A DNA stretch of 64,000 bases from NCBI GenBank assembly GCA_963665095.1, contig OY762069.1, positions 1,024,001 through 1,088,000 on the forward strand, in the 5' to 3' direction. Numbering within the stretch: the first letter of the stretch is position 1; each line of letters begins with the position of its first letter. The stretch is from an uncultured Desulfobacter sp. GTDB taxonomy: Bacteria > Desulfobacterota > Desulfobacteria > Desulfobacterales > Desulfobacteraceae. Of the stretch, positions 19,555 to 28,198 are shown piece by piece. Under the pieces are notes generated by a model. It was not told where the DNA came from. It saw only the letters and a list, made by a program, of their open reading frames with translations, and made no database searches. Made by a program: the position numbers and the translations under genes.

Positions 19555-21795
19555 ATGCCGGACAATTATCCGCATATCATCCTCAAAGAGTCACCAGAAA
19601 CAACCCTATTTAAAAGCATTTCCAGCGGGGGCGGTGAAAAACGCATTCCCTCTTTTCGAGACAGGCGCAGCCATAGTTCCAGATTAAAGCAAAAACTGGC
19701 ACAAGCCTGGGCAGATACACAATCGGAACAGGTTGTTCATCACACGACCCGAAAAGGGGTTTACCTTGAATTCAAAGGCGAGACCGGCTTTGATCTGGTG
19801 ACCAAAAGCCTTGAGGATTTGAAGTCAAAAAAGGTCCGTCTTTTGAACGTAAGAAAAGAAAGCAGCAAGCCTGCCCAATTTTCTTATGACACCCGGCCCG
19901 AAGATATCACAACCTTTGCCACCGTTTTTGTGGACAATGAAAAAAAAGAGCTGTTTTTCAACAAAATAGAACAGTATGCCGGACAGGAGACAGCGTCAGG
20001 CAAGCCCAAACACAGCGATTTGATTAACAGTATCTCGGATATCAGAAAAGCTGATGCAATTGAATCATTCTGGCTGGATGACAAGGCATTAATCCCTAAA
20101 GATGAGCCCGGGTGGTGTGAGGTCTGGTTAAGGGCGCAATTTGATGAAAATATCAGTCCCAGTGAAATTGTGGATAGATTCGATAAGTTGATTCAAGAAC
20201 TGGAAATCCAGTCAAAATCCGGCTTTATAAAATTTCCTGAGCGAATTGTAAAAGTGATTCTGGTAAACCAAAGCCAGCTGGAAAAATTAGCCCTTTATTC
20301 TGATGATATCGCTGAATACCGCCACGCAAAAGAAACAGCAGGCTTCTGGACGGAGATGAAAAATGTTCATCAGGCGGAATGGACAGACGATCTCCAGGAT
20401 AGAATAAAAGTCAACTTTGATTCAGACACATCTGTCTGCATTCTTGACACAGGGGTTAACAATGGTCATCCACTTTTGAATCCATTGTTGTCTGATGATG
20501 ATTGCCAGACAGTGAATCCGGAGTGGGGAACCCACGCTCATCACAAACATGGCACCTTGATGGCCGGTGTGGCAGCTTTCGGGGATTTAGCGGCATGTCT
20601 GGCAGGGCAAGGCACGGTTGAAATTAAGCACTGTTTGGAGTCGGTAAAAATTTTTTTGACCCCACAGCAAACAGAACCCGATTTGTGGGGGTATATCACA
20701 AGCCAGGGAATATCCCGTGCTGAAATACAGGCACCCCATAGAAATCGTATCGTCTGCATGGGTATAAGTTCCGAGTTTTCCACGACGTCACATATCTGGG
20801 ATGATATGTGGCCCATTAAACCTGAAATTGTAATGGAGGGCGGTAATTTCGCAATAGATGAATGTGGCTTTGGGTCTGAATGTGACGATCTTTCGCTGTT
20901 ATCCACCTATTATAAACCGCAAGAAAGTTACTTTTATCCCTTTCGGATGACAAGTGCATCCACAGCGTATGCCGCATGGTTTGCAGCAAAAATCCAATCT
21001 GAATATCCGAACTTCTGGCCTGAAACCTTGCGCGCCATTATGGTTCACTCGGCACAGTGGCCGGAAAATTTGAAAAAACAATTTACAAAAGACGATAGAA
21101 AAACGTCTTTAAAAAGGTTAATGAGGATTTGCGGTTATGGTGTACCCAATCTTCAAGATGCCTTATACAGTGCCGCAAATTCCCTGACCCTGATTGCCCA
21201 GCAAACAATTCAACCCTTTGATAAAAAAGATAAAGGAAGTGGATATCGCACAAAAGATATGCACTTATATCAATTGCCCTGGCCCAAAGAAACATTATTG
21301 GCCTTGCCGTCAAGCACATTTGTGGAGATGCGGATCACCCTGTCATATTTCATTGAACCCGGTCCCGGTGAAATCGGCTGGAAAGACAGATACAGATATG
21401 CGTCACATGGATTACGGTTCCATTTAAATTCTCCGGGGGAACCCCAGGAAGACTTTGTTAAAAGAGTAAACGCGGCAGCAAGGCTTGAAGATGAAGGCAA
21501 GCCCGATACAAAAAGTGCTTCAGATCACTGGGTCATCGGATCACAGACCAGGAACAAAGGCTCTATCCACTCGGATATCTGGAAAGGAACCGCTGCTGAG
21601 CTTGCAGACTCAAACATGATTTCCGTTTCTCCGACCATCGGCTGGTGGAGAGAAAGGGCCTACCTTGGAAAATGGGATAAAAAAACGCGTTACGCCCTTG
21701 TCGTTACCATCAAGACGCCTGAAGAAAAAATGGATATCTATACGCCGGTCGCCACAAAAATAGGTGTGAAAATTCCCATCCCCATTAGTATATAA
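19555..21795 (+). CDS. Subtilisin-like S8 serine protease, IetS-like (probably internally deleted)
   Basis: Catalytic motifs ILDTG, HKHGTLMAG and MTSAS; WPETLRAIMVHSA, GYGVP, GSIHSDIW. No xAGN oxyanion segment is visible between the His and Ser motifs. Confidence 0.85.
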   Translation: MPDNYPHIILKESPETTLFKSISSGGGEKRIPSFRDRRSHSSRLKQKLAQAWADTQSEQVVHHTTRKGVYLEFKGETGFDLVTKSLEDLKSKKVRLLNVRKESSKPAQFSYDTRPEDITTFATVFVDNEKKELFFNKIEQYAGQETASGKPKHSDLINSISDIRKADAIESFWLDDKALIPKDEPGWCEVWLRAQFDENISPSEIVDRFDKLIQELEIQSKSGFIKFPERIVKVILVNQSQLEKLALYSDDIAEYRHAKETAGFWTEMKNVHQAEWTDDLQDRIKVNFDSDTSVCILDTGVNNGHPLLNPLLSDDDCQTVNPEWGTHAHHKHGTLMAGVAAFGDLAACLAGQGTVEIKHCLESVKIFLTPQQTEPDLWGYITSQGISRAEIQAPHRNRIVCMGISSEFSTTSHIWDDMWPIKPEIVMEGGNFAIDECGFGSECDDLSLLSTYYKPQESYFYPFRMTSASTAYAAWFAAKIQSEYPNFWPETLRAIMVHSAQWPENLKKQFTKDDRKTSLKRLMRICGYGVPNLQDALYSAANSLTLIAQQTIQPFDKKDKGSGYRTKDMHLYQLPWPKETLLALPSSTFVEMRITLSYFIEPGPGEIGWKDRYRYASHGLRFHLNSPGEPQEDFVKRVNAAARLEDEGKPDTKSASDHWVIGSQTRNKGSIHSDIWKGTAAELADSNMISVSPTIGWWRERAYLGKWDKKTRYALVVTIKTPEEKMDIYTPVATKIGVKIPIPISI

Positions 21796-22087
21796 AAAAT
21801 TATCCGTGTACACATGGTTTTGCCCGGTGGAACCCGATCATTTCATTTCTGACAACCCTGGAATTCCCCGATTTTTTCCTGCAGAAATTCTGCATTTTTT
21901 CAATCCGATAATCGGCCGCAAACACCATTAAATTAGCGGAGATACAATAAAAGTATCTCTGCCCGCCGGTGTATTTTTAATCAAATATTTAATCAGATTT
22001 CCCTTGACCCCTTCTTCATTATACGTTAGTCCTATCTAAACGCTCAGAAAGGTTTAACCCGTCTTTATACAGCCTACGGAGGAAAAA

Positions 22088-23251
22088 ATGGATTTTGAAC
22101 TAAGCAAAGAGCTGCAAATGCTCCAGAAAGAAATCAGAAAATTTGCAAAAAAAGAGATCATCCCCTTTGCGGACCAGTGGGATGAAGAGCATTACCTGCC
22201 CATCAAAGAGGTTATGCGGCCTTTGGGTGACATGGGATATTTCGGCACTGTGATTCCTGAAGAGTACGGGGGAGAAGATTTAGGATTTCTGGCTGCCATG
22301 ATTGTAACAGAAGAATTGGCCAGAGCATCATCCTCCCTGCGGGTTCAGGTCAATATGCAGGTACTTGGCTGTGCCTATACCATCTACAAATACGGTAATG
22401 AGGATGTGCGCCAGAAATATGTAAAAAAACTGTGTACCGCAGAGTACATTGGCGGCTTCGGCATTACCGAACCGGATGCTGGCTCTGATGTCATGAATAT
22501 TGCTTCCACTGCTGAAGACAAAGGCGATCACTGGCTGCTCAACGGCAACAAGACCTGGATTTCCAATGCCAATGTGGCAGATTGTCTGCTCTACTATGCC
22601 TATACCGATAAAGCCGCCGGCTCCAAGGGCCTGTCCGCCTTTGTCATTGAACCAAAAAATTATGCCGGCATCAAAACCTCATCTCTGGAAAAACTTGGCT
22701 CCCACTCCTCTCCCACAGGGGAACTGTTCCTTGACAACGTTAAGGTGCCCAAGGAAAACATCCTGGGCAAACCCGGTGACGGGGCCAAAATTGTGTTCTC
22801 ATCCCTGAACCAGACCCGTCTGTCTGCAGCAGCCGGTGGTGTGGGGCTGGCCCAGGCCTGCCTTGACGAAGCCATTAAATACTGCAATGAAAGAAAACAG
22901 TTTGGCAAAAAGATCGGTGAATTCCAGATGAACCAGGACATGATCGCCCAGATGGCCACTGAAATTGAATGCGCACGCCTCCTGGTATATAAAGCAGCCT
23001 GGGCCAAGGACCAGGGCCGGATGAACAACGGTCTTGATGTGGCCATGGCCAAATACATGGCCGGCGAAGTGGCGTACAAATGTGCCAATTTTGCTATGAG
23101 AATTCTGGGTGCCTACGGCTACTCCACAGAATACCCTGTGGCCCGCTACTACCGGGATGCTCCCACCTATGCCATGGTGGAAGGGTCATCCAATATCTGC
23201 AAATGGATCATCGCCCTGGATCAGCTGGGCATTAGAAAAGCAAACAGGTAA
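22088..23251 (+). CDS. acd: Glutaryl-CoA dehydrogenase, non-decarboxylating (acyl-CoA dehydrogenase family)
   Basis: Acyl-CoA dehydrogenase motifs (ITEPDAGSD, NGNKTWISN, GAYGYSTEYPVARYYRD); closely resembles, from memory, the Desulfococcus multivorans enzyme (MDF.LSKELQMLQKE...MVEGS.NICK.IIALDQLG.RKANR); followed by decarboxylase genes. Confidence 0.88.
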   Translation: MDFELSKELQMLQKEIRKFAKKEIIPFADQWDEEHYLPIKEVMRPLGDMGYFGTVIPEEYGGEDLGFLAAMIVTEELARASSSLRVQVNMQVLGCAYTIYKYGNEDVRQKYVKKLCTAEYIGGFGITEPDAGSDVMNIASTAEDKGDHWLLNGNKTWISNANVADCLLYYAYTDKAAGSKGLSAFVIEPKNYAGIKTSSLEKLGSHSSPTGELFLDNVKVPKENILGKPGDGAKIVFSSLNQTRLSAAAGGVGLAQACLDEAIKYCNERKQFGKKIGEFQMNQDMIAQMATEIECARLLVYKAAWAKDQGRMNNGLDVAMAKYMAGEVAYKCANFAMRILGAYGYSTEYPVARYYRDAPTYAMVEGSSNICKWIIALDQLGIRKANR

Positions 23252-23272
23252 TTTTCCCAAAAGGAAACAACC

Positions 23273-23668
23273 ATGAGCCATAAAGAGATGTCACGGGAAG
23301 AAATTGTCAAGCGCACCGGAAAAACAGCCAAACTCTATTTTTCCACGGTAAAGGATGAGGATAAACCCTACAATCTCTGGCGCAGGTTTGATCCGGGACT
23401 TGCCAAAGATATGTCCCTGTATATCACAGGCCAGATGTATGCCCGTGAAAAAATACCCCACACCACCCGGCAGTTGATTACAGTGGCGGCTCTTACAGTT
23501 CTGTCAAAACCTGAAGAGCTTAAACTGCACATCCATGCAGCCCTGAATGTGGGCTGTACCAGTGAAGAAATTGCAGAAGTGATCTTCCAGACCAGCATTT
23601 ACGGCGGGGTGCCTTCGGCCAACACAGCCCTGGCCGCCCTGGCAGAAGTTCTGGACGAAAGAGATTAA
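23273..23668 (+). CDS. Carboxymuconolactone decarboxylase (CMD/AhpD-like) family protein
   Basis: RQLITVAALTVL...ELKLHIHAALNVGCT.EEIAEVIFQTSIYGGVP pattern; no CxxC. Confidence 0.85.
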   Translation: MSHKEMSREEIVKRTGKTAKLYFSTVKDEDKPYNLWRRFDPGLAKDMSLYITGQMYAREKIPHTTRQLITVAALTVLSKPEELKLHIHAALNVGCTSEEIAEVIFQTSIYGGVPSANTALAALAEVLDERD

Positions 23669-23694
23669 ACCGTTTTAATAAAAGGAGAAACACC

Positions 23695-23910
23695 ATGTCT
23701 GAAGACGTATTAGCCCCCCTGTCAGGAAAAATTATCAGCATCAGCCTTGAACCAGGTGCCGCAGTAGAAGAGGACGACGAAATTATGGTTATCGAGGCAA
23801 TGAAAATGGAAACCCCTGTATTTGCGCCCTGTTCCGGCACTGCATCAAAGATTGCAGTCAAGGAAGGTGATAACGTGGAAGAGGATGACCTGCTGGCTGT
23901 CATTGACTAG
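23695..23910 (+). CDS. gcdC: Biotin carboxyl carrier subunit of glutaconyl-CoA decarboxylase
   Basis: EAMKME biotinylation motif; 71 aa; operon context. Confidence 0.88.
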   Translation: MSEDVLAPLSGKIISISLEPGAAVEEDDEIMVIEAMKMETPVFAPCSGTASKIAVKEGDNVEEDDLLAVID

Positions 23911-23928
23911 ATTCCAAAGGAAACGCAA

Positions 23929-25686
23929 ATGAAATCCTATTTTGAGAAGATGCCTAGTTTCGGCAAAGAGCTGAAAAAAGGGACGATAAAACGCACCCAG
24001 AGCAATTATGAACAGGTGCTTGAGGCTGAAAGCCTGATTGCCGCAGCTGTGGACGAGGTGAAAAATGCAGGCCTTCCCGAAGAAAAGATTAACCAGCGCG
24101 GCCAGATGACTGTATGGCAGCGGCTGGAATATATCGTGGACCCGGGCACCTGGACGCCGCTCCATACGCTTTTCAATCCTGCGGACAACGTTGAAGGCAC
24201 TACCAATGTTATTGACGGCCTTGGAAAAATTGCAGGGAAATGGGCTGTGGTTATTGGCTTTGACAACAAGGTGATGGCCGGTGCCTGGCTGGCCGGCCAG
24301 TCAGAGAATATCCTGCGGGCCACCGACCTTGCAAAACGGCTCAATATTCCACTGGTATGGCTTGTCAACTGCAGCGGGGCCAAGCTCACCGAGCAGGAAA
24401 AATTCTATGCCAACAGAAGAGGGGCGGGCACCCCGTTCTTCAGGCATGCGGAACTTGAGCAGGAAGGTATCCCTGTACTGGCAGCCATTTACGGCACCAA
24501 TCCGGCCGGCGGCGGTTACCAGTCTATCAGCCCCACAGTCCTTTTTGCCCATGAAAAATGCAATATGGCCGTGGGCGGCGCCGGCATTGTCAGCGGCATG
24601 GCCCCCCAGGGGGGATTCACCGTGGAGATGGCCGAAGACCTGGTTCAAAAAGCCAAAGAGCACAGGGCAAAGCCTCCCGGATCTGTGGCCACCCATTACG
24701 ACCACACAGGTTTTTTCAGGTTTGTATACAAAGAGGAAAAAGAGGTTCTGGACGGTGTCAGAGAATATATGAAAAAACTGCCCGCCTATGACCCTGATTT
24801 TTTTAGAGTGACCGAACCCAAGGCACCGGCATTTGCGGCTGAAGACGTTATGCGTCTGCTGCCCATAGCATCCAAAACCGTATATGATTTTGACGATATC
24901 CTGGCAAGGCTTGTGGATGGGTCCGAACACCTTGAGTACCGGCCTGACTACGGGCCTGAAATCTATACCGGACTTTGCAAGGTGGACGGATTCCTTGTGG
25001 CCTGCATCGGAAATCGCCAGGGGTATCTCGGCAAGGGATATCCCGAGTACGCCGATTATCCCGGAATAGGTTCCAAACTATACCGCCAGGGGCTTCTCAA
25101 GATGAACGAGTTTGTCACCCTTTGCGGCAGGGATCGAATTCCTGTGATCTGGTTCCAGGATACCTCAGGGATTGATGTGGGCGATATTGCCGAAAAAGCA
25201 GAACTGTTAGGCTTGGGTCAGTCTTTGATCTACTCCATCCAGCAGTCCGGTCTTCCCATGATGCTTGCCATCCTTCGCAAAGGAACCGCAGCTGCCCACT
25301 ATGTCATGGGTGGCCCCCAGGGCAACCGGAACAATGCATTTACCGTGGGCACCTGTGCCACAGAGATCTGCGTTATGCATGGTGAAACAGCAGCGGTTGC
25401 CACCTATGCAAGGCGGCTTGTCAAGGAAAAGGAAGCGGGCAGGGACCTTCAACCTGTGGTGGATAAAATGAATGCGCTTGCCCAGAAGTACAAGGACACA
25501 TCCACACCGATTTACTGTGCCAAACAGGGCATGGTGGATGAGGTGGTCCCGCTTGCTGATCTGCGGCACTATATGCAGTCCTTTGCAGGTGCAGCCTACC
25601 AGAACCCCAAATCCATCTGTCCCCAGCACCAGATGATCCTGCCCAGAATTATACGGGATCACGCTGCAGCAAAGGAAAAGGAATAA
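23929..25686 (+). CDS. gcdA: Glutaconyl-CoA decarboxylase alpha (carboxyltransferase) subunit
   Basis: YANRRGAGTPFFRHAEL, GTNPAGGGY, KLYRQGLLKMNEFVTLCGRDRIP, QDTSGIDVG, AAAHYVMGGP, SICPQHQMILPR. Confidence 0.92.
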   Translation: MKSYFEKMPSFGKELKKGTIKRTQSNYEQVLEAESLIAAAVDEVKNAGLPEEKINQRGQMTVWQRLEYIVDPGTWTPLHTLFNPADNVEGTTNVIDGLGKIAGKWAVVIGFDNKVMAGAWLAGQSENILRATDLAKRLNIPLVWLVNCSGAKLTEQEKFYANRRGAGTPFFRHAELEQEGIPVLAAIYGTNPAGGGYQSISPTVLFAHEKCNMAVGGAGIVSGMAPQGGFTVEMAEDLVQKAKEHRAKPPGSVATHYDHTGFFRFVYKEEKEVLDGVREYMKKLPAYDPDFFRVTEPKAPAFAAEDVMRLLPIASKTVYDFDDILARLVDGSEHLEYRPDYGPEIYTGLCKVDGFLVACIGNRQGYLGKGYPEYADYPGIGSKLYRQGLLKMNEFVTLCGRDRIPVIWFQDTSGIDVGDIAEKAELLGLGQSLIYSIQQSGLPMMLAILRKGTAAAHYVMGGPQGNRNNAFTVGTCATEICVMHGETAAVATYARRLVKEKEAGRDLQPVVDKMNALAQKYKDTSTPIYCAKQGMVDEVVPLADLRHYMQSFAGAAYQNPKSICPQHQMILPRIIRDHAAAKEKE

Positions 25687-25689
25687 ATC

Positions 25690-25848
25690 ATGGGCAACGC
25701 GGTAGGGGTGTTTCTCATTGGTCTTTTGGGTGTGTTCCTGGGCATGACCTTTCTTTACCTTTCCATTAAGATTACAGAAAGGGCGGTCACTGCGCTGGAG
25801 GCAAGGACAAAGGTAGCTGAAGCCTTCGGGCAGAAGGGGGGCAAATGA
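25690..25848 (+). CDS. gcdD: Na+-translocating decarboxylase delta/OadG-like membrane subunit (52 aa, not in ORF track)
   Basis: Manual translation MGNAVGVFLIGLLGVFLGMTFLYLSIKITERAVTALEARTKVAEAFGQKGGK; one TM helix with G...VF..L pattern; ATGA overlap with the beta subunit start. Confidence 0.8.
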   Translation: MGNAVGVFLIGLLGVFLGMTFLYLSIKITERAVTALEARTKVAEAFGQKGGK

Positions 25849-26963
25849 ACGCATTGTATTCCCTGTTTCAGACCACGGGGCTGTTTTATGTCACGCCTGG
25901 CATTGTGGTGATGTGGATCATCGGGCTTACCCTGATCTATCTTGCCATTGCCAAGTCCTATGAACCGCTTCTGCTGCTGCCCATAGGCTTTGGGATTATC
26001 CTGGTAAACCTGCCCTTGGCAGGGCTTATGGCCCCCCATGAAGGGCTGATCTGGAAATTTTACGAGTATGGTATCCACTGGGAGATCATTCCGCCGGTGA
26101 TATTTTTAGGCCTTGGGGCGCTCACTGATTTCGGGCCTCTCATCGCCAATCCCAGGCTGATTTTCCTTGGTGCCGGGGCCCAGGCAGGGGTGTACATTAC
26201 CTTTTTTGCGGCCCAGGCCTTTGGGTTTGGCCTGAAAGAGGCGGCAACCATTGGTATTATCGGAGGTGCGGACGGCCCCACCACCATATTCCTGGCATCC
26301 AAAATGGCCCCGTCTCTTTTAGGGGTCTGTGCTGTGGCTGCCTACTCTTATATGGCGCTTGTGCCCATTATCCAGCCCCCGGTGATGAAGCTGTTAACCA
26401 CCCCGGACGAAAGACGCATCCGCATGGCCAAGGGCAGAAAGGTGGGGCGACTTGAAAAAATGCTCTTCCCCATTGTCTCCACCTTTGTCATCATCCTGCT
26501 GGTCCCGGCATCCGCACCTTTGATCTCCATGTTTATGTTAGGCAACCTGTTCAGGGAGTCCGGCGTGGTGGGACGCCTGCATGATGCGGCCCAGAATGAG
26601 CTGATGAACATTGTCACCATATTCTTAGGTGTGCCAGTGGGCGCCACCATGAATGCGGACAATTTTTTAAGGCCCCAGGTCATATTTGTCTTTTTCCTGG
26701 GGCTGTTTGCCTTTGTGATTTCCACCATGACCGGGATATTGCTGGCAAAACTGATGAATCTGTTTTCAAAGAATAAAATCAATCCCCTGCTGGGTGCGGC
26801 AGGTGTTTCAGCCGTTCCCATGGCTGCCAGGGTGGTCCATAAGGTTGGCATGGAAGCGGATAAGAAAAATTATCTGCTCATGTATGCCATGGGACCCAAT
26901 GTGGCAGGTGTTATTGGCACTGTGATTGCGGCAGGTATCTTTTTAACGCTTTTAGGTGGGTGA
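25845..26963 (+). CDS. gcdB: Na+-translocating decarboxylase beta subunit
   Basis: YEPLLLLPIGFG, TDFGPLIANP, IGIIGGADGPT, AAYSYMALVPIIQPP, GVSAVPMAARV, AMGPNVAGVIG. Confidence 0.93.
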   Translation: MNALYSLFQTTGLFYVTPGIVVMWIIGLTLIYLAIAKSYEPLLLLPIGFGIILVNLPLAGLMAPHEGLIWKFYEYGIHWEIIPPVIFLGLGALTDFGPLIANPRLIFLGAGAQAGVYITFFAAQAFGFGLKEAATIGIIGGADGPTTIFLASKMAPSLLGVCAVAAYSYMALVPIIQPPVMKLLTTPDERRIRMAKGRKVGRLEKMLFPIVSTFVIILLVPASAPLISMFMLGNLFRESGVVGRLHDAAQNELMNIVTIFLGVPVGATMNADNFLRPQVIFVFFLGLFAFVISTMTGILLAKLMNLFSKNKINPLLGAAGVSAVPMAARVVHKVGMEADKKNYLLMYAMGPNVAGVIGTVIAAGIFLTLLGG

Positions 26964-27010
26964 TTTAGGTGGGTGATCCCCAGCCAGTTTTTTGATCATA
27001 GTTATATCAC

Positions 27011-27051
27011 ACACCGCGCAGGAGACAGGTTTCCTGCACGGTGTTTTTATT
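27011..27051 (+). terminator. Probable intrinsic terminator of the acd-gcd operon
   Basis: acaccgcgcagga-gacaggtt-tcctgcacggtgt followed by a T-tract. Confidence 0.65.
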
Positions 27052-27105
27052 TGGATTCAGGGGTGAGCTTAGAGGTTGAAAGACCAGGGCAGGGCAAACG
27101 AAAAC

Positions 27106-27146
27106 AAAGCGGGGCCAAGGTTTGTAAACCTTGGCCCCGCTTTTTA
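27106..27146. terminator. Bidirectional intrinsic terminator
   Basis: Perfect inverted repeat aaagcggggccaaggttt-gt-aaaccttggccccgcttt with A/T tracts, between convergent genes. Confidence 0.8.
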
Positions 27147-27176
27147 TTAGGTTACGCTGAAGTAAAGGGTAAACGC

Positions 27177-27884
27177 TTAATCTCTGGAAACGCCTAAAAG
27201 GCTGAGCAGATGAACAAACAACCCCATAAAATCAAGATAGAGGCTTAGAGCACCCATGATGGCACCTTTGCGTACCATGGCGCCTGTGGCATCGTGGGGC
27301 AGGGTGACTGCCATGGATTTCAGTTTCTGGGTGTCATAGGCGGTTAGGCCTGTGAAGATCAGCACGGCCACCATGGAGATAATGGTCTGCAGAGCAGAAC
27401 TGCCAATAAAAATATTGACGACCATGGCGATAATAATGCCAATCATACCCATCATCAGAAACTGGGCCATGCCGGTAAGATCCTTTTTGGTCACCATACC
27501 GTATACACTTGCCGCGCCAAAGGTGGCAGCACAGATAAAAAAGGTCGAGGCAATGGATGCCTGGGTGTAGACCATAAAAATGGGTGCCAGACAGATGCCG
27601 TAAAGCACTGTAAGGCCGACATAAAGACCGGTTGCCGTGCTGGCCTGCATTCTTTGAATCCTTGCGCCTATGGTGCCGCACAGAAGAATCAAGGCAATAA
27701 ACAGGACCCAGGGCATAATGGGATTGCCGTATACTGCCTGCATCACGGCAGGACTTTCAGAGACAAAATAAGAGGTAAGGCCGGTGGCAGTCAGGCCGAT
27801 GGCCATCCAGTTGTACGTACTGCGGATAAACGCATTCACCCGGGTAACCGCTCCGGTTTGTTGATAGGAAAGATTCGTGTTCAT
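27177..27884 (-). CDS. Bax inhibitor-1/YccA family membrane protein
   Basis: About 7 hydrophobic segments; TKKDLT, FTGLTAYDTQKLK, GALSLYLDF. Confidence 0.92.
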   Translation of the reverse strand: MNTNLSYQQTGAVTRVNAFIRSTYNWMAIGLTATGLTSYFVSESPAVMQAVYGNPIMPWVLFIALILLCGTIGARIQRMQASTATGLYVGLTVLYGICLAPIFMVYTQASIASTFFICAATFGAASVYGMVTKKDLTGMAQFLMMGMIGIIIAMVVNIFIGSSALQTIISMVAVLIFTGLTAYDTQKLKSMAVTLPHDATGAMVRKGAIMGALSLYLDFMGLFVHLLSLLGVSRD

Positions 27885-28026
27885 GTCAGCTCCTTAAATA
27901 TGGTTGGTCAAATTTTTGGCCTGATAACTTATGTTATTTGACAGGTAATATAACACGGGCAGGGCAGATTTCAAGATTACAATTTGATTATTGAATGCAG
28001 ACAGATATGGTGCCTGATAAAATAAA

Positions 28027-28054
28027 AGTTTACATAATATATATTATCAGACCT
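28027..28054 (-). other. dif: dif site (XerC/XerD chromosome dimer resolution site)
   Basis: Minus strand reads AGGTCTGATAA-TATATA-TTATGTAAACT: 11-6-11 layout, canonical XerD arm and central hexamer; intergenic; KOPS polarity flips here. Confidence 0.88.
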
Positions 28055-28198
28055 TATATATCATTAAAATCTGCCGGGTTCAAACCAGGAATTCAGCTTT
28101 ACCGTACTGTGTTAAGATCCAAGCCCGGTGCTTTTATTGACTTTTACAAATAATATATTTTATAAGTATTAACTTTGCACATCAGCCCGGGATAAAAA

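Larger units (their letters stand above)
12221..21795 (+). other. Defence island: type I R-M plus IetAS-like ATPase/protease pair
   Basis: Five co-oriented, closely spaced defence-type genes between glmM and the acyl-CoA dehydrogenase operon; no integrase or transposase seen. Confidence 0.8.

Noticed and set aside
12089..21834. Possible att-like direct repeat cccggtgg(t/a)acc near 12089 and 21823 flanking the defence island
   Set aside because: Only 12 bp with a mismatch, and no integrase or tRNA; could be chance.
26973..27197. 74-aa plus-strand ORF after gcdB
   Set aside because: Runs through two terminator hairpins and into the convergent gene; no motif.
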